DNA of 48,908 nucleotides from Chloroflexota bacterium (GTDB lineage Bacteria; Chloroflexota; Anaerolineae; UBA4142): NCBI GenBank assembly GCA_016223105.1, contig JACRPR010000082.1, positions 22,150 to 71,057 of the forward strand, read 5' to 3'. Shown piece by piece: positions 47,590 to 48,908 of this stretch (position 1 is its first letter; each line of letters starts with the position of its first letter). The notes under the pieces were generated by a model. It saw only the letters and a program-made list of their open reading frames with translations, ran no database searches and was not told where the DNA came from. The position numbers and the translations under genes were made by a program.

Positions 47590-48908
47590 TTACTCCACGT
47601 TCGCTTTGTAGCGTTCGCACCGCGCGACCGCGCCCTGATCGAGCGACGGCTCGATGCCTTTGAGCGCGATACATTTTTGATAATACGCGCGCGCGCGACG
47701 AAACATTTCTTGTTGCGCGGCGATGTCGTTCAAACGCAATTTGGCATAGCCCTTGCCGAAATACGCGTTGCCCAATGTCAAATATCCTTCGGCGAGCGAA
47801 CGATATTGTTTTTCCAATTTCGGCAGTTGCGGTTCGGTGCGCGTGATAGTTTGATCGAACGCGCCAATCGCCGCGTCCCATTGATCGCTAAACAAAAATC
47901 CTTCGCCTTGCAAAAAATAGGTTGTGCCAATCGAAAGCGTAACGCGCGTCGCTGTGTTTGTTTCTTGCGCTTGCTCCGCGAGTTGGATCGCTTCGCCATA
48001 CTCCGCGAATGCGCGATTCAAATTTGCCGGTTGTTCGATCCGCGCGCGCGGCGACTGAAGCAACACGCGCACACGCGCGACGCCTGCCAAGCCGGAATGA
48101 GCGCGCGCGAATTTTGCATTGATGTCGCGCGCACTGCGAAACGCGTCTTCCGCGCGTACGAGGATCGGTTCGACCTGGTTCGCGAGCGGTTGTCCTTGTG
48201 CGCGCAGTGAGGCGGCTTCATTTTGATCGGTCGCGCGCGCGGCGCGCTCGAAAAAAATTTCGGCTTGCTCGTACTTTTGATTCGCGAGAAACAAATGCTG
48301 GCGACCGATAAAATAGTACACCGCTTCAATGCCTTCGCGATTTCCCGCGTCAATCAAGATTTTGAGTGCGCTCTCAAAATACTTGAGCGCGTCGCTGTGC
48401 AAGCCGTCGAAATCGTGAAGCAAGCCGAGCGTAAATTGCGCGAGCGCCTGCTGGCGCAGATCGAGCGCGCGCCTTTGCGACAATCCCTCCGCCCATTTCG
48501 AGCCGGTCGCGTCGCCTTTTTGAATCGTGATCGGCGCGCCGAATTGATACCGCCCGAACATATCGTCGAGCGCGGTTGTTACCGGCGCGACGTACACTTC
48601 GGGGATGAAATGCGCGGGCGTTTGACTCTTGTCCACGTTGCCGTACACGACGATCTTTGCGCCGAGCCGCGTCGCGAGGTCGCGCGCGTTCGCTTCGCGC
48701 GTCGCGGGCGCGATACTTGGCACGAATCCGATCTGCGCGCGAATTTGCCACGGAAACATTTTATCGTGCCACACCACCGGCTTGAGCGCGCCGACGAACG
48801 ACGCGTTCAATTGCGTCAACTCTTTTTGCAAACCATCAAACGCGTACTCGCTGAACAAGCGCGCGTTGTCGGTAACGACGAGTTGTTGATTCGCGTCGAG
48901 CTCGGTAA
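47590..48908 (-). CDS. TPR-containing protein, 5' end beyond the window
   Basis: Frame open to the window edge; helical TPR-like repeats (YYFIG, YLTLGNAY). Confidence 0.75.
   Translation of the reverse strand, partial: TELDANQQLVVTDNARLFSEYAFDGLQKELTQLNASFVGALKPVVWHDKMFPWQIRAQIGFVPSIAPATREANARDLATRLGAKIVVYGNVDKSQTPAHFIPEVYVAPVTTALDDMFGRYQFGAPITIQKGDATGSKWAEGLSQRRALDLRQQALAQFTLGLLHDFDGLHSDALKYFESALKILIDAGNREGIEAVYYFIGRQHLFLANQKYEQAEIFFERAARATDQNEAASLRAQGQPLANQVEPILVRAEDAFRSARDINAKFARAHSGLAGVARVRVLLQSPRARIEQPANLNRAFAEYGEAIQLAEQAQETNTATRVTLSIGTTYFLQGEGFLFSDQWDAAIGAFDQTITRTEPQLPKLEKQYRSLAEGYLTLGNAYFGKGYAKLRLNDIAAQQEMFRRARAYYQKCIALKGIEPSLDQGAVARCERYKANVE

Noticed and set aside
1-48908. tRNA, rRNA, integron, prophage or autonomous transposase
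   Set aside because: No recognisable RNA gene, integrase, phage structural gene or transposase ORF seen; a covariance-model scan was not possible.

Overview
Bacterial chromosomal segment, GC-rich with a strong CGCG/GCGC bias. It is most likely from Chloroflexota (Anaerolineae-like); this is inferred from the Tal-Pgi fusion, a C-terminal 'xFxPVILK' sorting motif and the repeat families. Left third, mostly housekeeping: an AT-richer gene fusing a degenerate RuvB-like AAA+ domain to an Mrr-type nuclease, a pentose-phosphate operon (tkt, membrane protein, rpiB, tal-pgi, zwf, pgl), carA-GNAT-carB (carB has a ~97-codon deletion and a stop), a DUF2281/PIN TA pair, mutS and an Sfp-type PPTase. Middle: PAS-GGDEF and CheB-CheR genes, then a SARP/BTAD-ATPase-TPR regulator facing a divergent locus. 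That locus has an 11-bp direct-repeat promoter, a small protein, a small secreted YD protein and a ~1,970-aa frameshifted Sec-exported transglutaminase-like/Rhs protein. The Rhs ends in a Cys-x3-Cys / TM helix / basic tail rather than a recognisable toxin with an immunity gene, and is followed by a CPBP protease and a divergent Lgt paralog bracketed by two TA modules. Right third: a ceramide-synthase-like GNAT, acyl-CoA/ACP ligase and ACP cluster, lipoproteins, a heme-c sensor GGDEF with an internal deletion, DUF1361, three tandem paralogous lipoproteins and a partial TPR gene. Best candidates for novelty: (1) the Rhs + CPBP + Lgt locus as a dedicated C-terminal processing and lipid-anchoring system; (2) in-frame colonisation of core genes by several unrelated REP/MITE/short tandem repeat families; (3) the ceramide-like cluster; (4) the RuvB-like/Mrr fusion. 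Several lesions may be assembly artefacts. Family assignments come from motif recognition only; no searches were run.
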